DNA from: Flectonema sp. DT1601
Lineage: Eukaryota
DNA length: 64,000 bases
NCBI GenBank assembly: GCA_964019425.1
Contig: OZ025801.1
Coordinates: 806,001 to 870,000, forward strand
Direction of reading: 5' to 3'
Shown: one piece after another, positions 61,598 through 64,000 of the stretch
Position numbering within the stretch: the first letter of the stretch is position 1
Layout of the letters: every line of letters begins with the position of its first letter
Notes under the pieces: generated by a model
Databases searched by the model: none
Seen by the model: only the letters and a program-made list of their open reading frames with translations
Told to the model about the DNA's origin: nothing
Made by a program: the position numbers and the translations under genes

Positions 61598-64000
61598 ATG
61601 AATACAACAGAAAAAGATAAATTAAGAGATGTGATAAGTGCTTTGAATGGAATTAATAACGAAACTCAGGATAAATTCAATTTAGGAAATGTGATAGATA
61701 TTTTAATAATAAAGCACAAACGCACTCAGGATGAATCCGATTTAGGAGATGTGATAGAAGCTTTGATAAGAATTCATAACGAAACTCAGTATAAATCCTA
61801 TTTAGAACAAATGATAGATTTGATAACAGAAATTCATAACGAAGTTCAGGATAAATCCAAATTAGGAGATGTGATAGAAAAATTGAAAGTAATTAATAAC
61901 GAAACTCTGGATAAATCCAAATTAGGAAATGTGATGGATGCTTTGAAAGTAATTAAAGACACTCAGGATAAACCCGATTTACGAAATGTGACACGTATTT
62001 TAATAGGAATTCGTAACGAAACTCTGAAATCCTATTTAGGAGATGTGATAGATACTTTAGAAAGAATTCGTAACGAAGTTCTGAAATTTTTAAGATGTGT
62101 GATGGATACTTTAAAAAGAATTCATAACGGAACTCAGAATAAATCCGATTTAGGAGGTGAAGCTTTGGAAGTAATTCATAACGAAACTCAGTATAAATCC
62201 TATTTAGGACAAATGATACATATGATAACAGAAATTCGTAACGAAGTTCAGCATAAATCCAAATTAGGAGATGTGATAGATGCTTTGAATGGAATTTGTG
62301 AAGAAACTCAGGATAAATCCGATGTAGGAAATATGATAGATACTTTAATAGTATGGCACGAACGCACTCGCAAACGCACTCAGGATAAATCCGATGTAGG
62401 AGATGTGATAGAAGCTTTGAAAATAATTCATAACGAAACTCAGTATAAATCCGATTTAGGACAAATGATACATATGATAACAGAAATTCATTGCGAAGTT
62501 CAGGATAAATCCAAATTAGGAGATGTGATAGAAAAATTGAAAGTAATTAATAACGAAACTCTGGATAAATCCAAATTAGGAAATGTGATGGATGCTTTGA
62601 AAGTAATTAAAGACACTCAGGATAAACCCGATTTACGAAATGTGATACTTATTTTAGTGGGAATTCAGAAAGAAACTCTGAAATCCTATTTAGGAGATGT
62701 GATAGATACTTTAGAAAGAATTCGTAACGAAGCTCTGCAATTTTTAAGATGTGAGATGGATACTTTAAAAATAATTCATAACGGAACTCTGAATAAATCC
62801 GATTTACGAAAAGTGATGGATGCTTTAAAAAGAAAATTTAACGGACCTCTGGATATATTCGGATTAGGAGATGCGATAGATGCTTTAGAAGGAGGTCAGT
62901 CCAATTTAGGAAATGTGATAGGTATTATTACAAAAATTTATGACCAAACTCGGGATAAATCCTATGTAGGAGATGTGATAGAAACTTTAAAAAGAATCTG
63001 GAATCGAACCGAGTCAGGGAATTTGTGGTCCGCTGTCAATGATCTTACACCAGAATATAAAAGCTTACATTCAGGTATATATTGGGAGGGTTTAGCATTA
63101 CTAAAAGGTGGAACCAGGTGTCCCTTCGATACGATTGACGTGCTATACCGAAACGACAATCTAAAACAAGAGTTGGAAAAGGTAATTAAATCATTTGAAC
63201 ATATGTTACAAGACGATACTTTTATACAAAAGGATCTTATAATGCCAAACTTAACTAATAGGATAATTTATTGTTGTGATGGGCAAAACCTCAAGACGTT
63301 AACAAGTTATTTGCAATCTATGGATAGTAAGCATATTGCAAATCAAGATAGAAATCATTCGACAGACCAGTTGAGTCACACAGATGATACTGAATGCAGA
63401 CAAGATGGAAATGATTCATTTAGTTTAGGTCGTATACATAACCTTATGACATTGTCGTATGTAGCAGAAATAATAAAAGGATTTTCAGAGTCGCAACGAG
63501 AAACGTATTTTCCAAAAATTGCTTCAGAATTAAAAACATTACGTAATATTATAGATCATCCTGAGCGTAAAGAAAATTGGAAATTCTTAAAAAAACAAAT
63601 TTGTGTTGAAACGGATAATGATGGAGAAAAGATTGATGCTTCTGCATTGTTACGGGAAGTACACACCTGTGTTTGTGAGATGGCGGAGAATATTAATATT
63701 GAGACGGATATGAGTTACTTCCAGTCATCTGATAAAGTAAATACAAATCCTAATAGTAGTGTTGTGAAGAAAGCTTTTAAAAATAACGATAATAAAAGCG
63801 AAGACGAAGTAACAAAGATAAATTCTAATTGTGTAGCACCCAAAATTGGAGTAGAGGTTTTTAGTGATGTGAAGAAAGCAAAAAGTAAAAATAGCGATAA
63901 ACAGAACGCAAAAAGTAAAAATAACGATAAACAGAATGCAAAAAGTAAAAATAGCGATAAACAGAACGCAAAAAGTAAAAATAACGATAAACAGAATGCA
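61598..64000 (+). CDS. Repeat protein running off the window end: 20-aa helical repeats, a HEPN (HepT/DUF86-like) domain, then 10-aa repeats
   Basis: Hand translation from the ATG at 61598 shows no stop to 64000 (>=800 aa). It is probably absent from the ORF track because it lacks a stop. Contains LSYVAEIIKGFSESQRETYFPKIASELKTLRNIIDHP. Confidence 0.8.
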   Translation, partial: MNTTEKDKLRDVISALNGINNETQDKFNLGNVIDILIIKHKRTQDESDLGDVIEALIRIHNETQYKSYLEQMIDLITEIHNEVQDKSKLGDVIEKLKVINNETLDKSKLGNVMDALKVIKDTQDKPDLRNVTRILIGIRNETLKSYLGDVIDTLERIRNEVLKFLRCVMDTLKRIHNGTQNKSDLGGEALEVIHNETQYKSYLGQMIHMITEIRNEVQHKSKLGDVIDALNGICEETQDKSDVGNMIDTLIVWHERTRKRTQDKSDVGDVIEALKIIHNETQYKSDLGQMIHMITEIHCEVQDKSKLGDVIEKLKVINNETLDKSKLGNVMDALKVIKDTQDKPDLRNVILILVGIQKETLKSYLGDVIDTLERIRNEALQFLRCEMDTLKIIHNGTLNKSDLRKVMDALKRKFNGPLDIFGLGDAIDALEGGQSNLGNVIGIITKIYDQTRDKSYVGDVIETLKRIWNRTESGNLWSAVNDLTPEYKSLHSGIYWEGLALLKGGTRCPFDTIDVLYRNDNLKQELEKVIKSFEHMLQDDTFIQKDLIMPNLTNRIIYCCDGQNLKTLTSYLQSMDSKHIANQDRNHSTDQLSHTDDTECRQDGNDSFSLGRIHNLMTLSYVAEIIKGFSESQRETYFPKIASELKTLRNIIDHPERKENWKFLKKQICVETDNDGEKIDASALLREVHTCVCEMAENINIETDMSYFQSSDKVNTNPNSSVVKKAFKNNDNKSEDEVTKINSNCVAPKIGVEVFSDVKKAKSKNSDKQNAKSKNNDKQNAKSKNSDKQNAKSKNNDKQNA
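61621..63000 (+). repeat. ~60-bp coding tandem repeat (consensus about LGDVIDALxxIHNETQDKSx), >20 units, with a higher-order duplication
   Basis: TTAGGAGATGTGATAGA...ATTCATAACGAAACTCAGGATAAATCC recurs at ~60-bp spacing; indels are in multiples of 3. Confidence 0.92.
63878..64000 (+). repeat. 30-bp tandem repeat (AKSKN(S/N)DKQN) with alternating A/B variants
   Basis: GCAAAAAGTAAAAATAGCGATAAACAGAAC alternates with GCAAAAAGTAAAAATAACGATAAACAGAAT up to the window end. Confidence 0.92.

Overview
Eukaryotic nuclear DNA, most likely from a diplonemid (Euglenozoa). Evidence: a euglenozoan-type alpha-tubulin C-terminus (EGEEDIEEY), ~23 protein genes all on the + strand (a directional, probably polycistronic cluster), polypyrimidine-AG acceptors before start codons, short GT-AG cis introns, and copies of the spliced-leader (SL) 3' end. 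Recognisable genes: SRP19, MMAA/MeaB GTPase, a DAO-family FAD oxidoreductase, a 2H phosphoesterase, NADP-IDH, ECH1 (SKL), a CFAP141-like gene, F-box/SPRY, MSH6-like and alpha-tubulin. There is also a ~3,100-aa DOMON/repeat/ferric-reductase surface protein and several hypothetical proteins. Highlights: (1) a two-ORF APE-RT-RNase H non-LTR retrotransposon sits head-to-head ~10 bp from a tRNA-Gly gene; its 5' end is built from stacked SL copies and AG-truncated SL relics, implying repeated trans-splicing/retrotransposition cycles, and it has a 2A-like motif before the endonuclease; (2) an ORF missing from the ORF track (61598 to window end) encodes 20-aa helical repeats followed by a HepT/DUF86-like HEPN motif; (3) the cis introns have A-rich rather than pyrimidine-rich 3' ends; (4) one DOMON domain appears split by a ~1,700-aa insertion. 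All calls are by eye from motifs; no searches were run.
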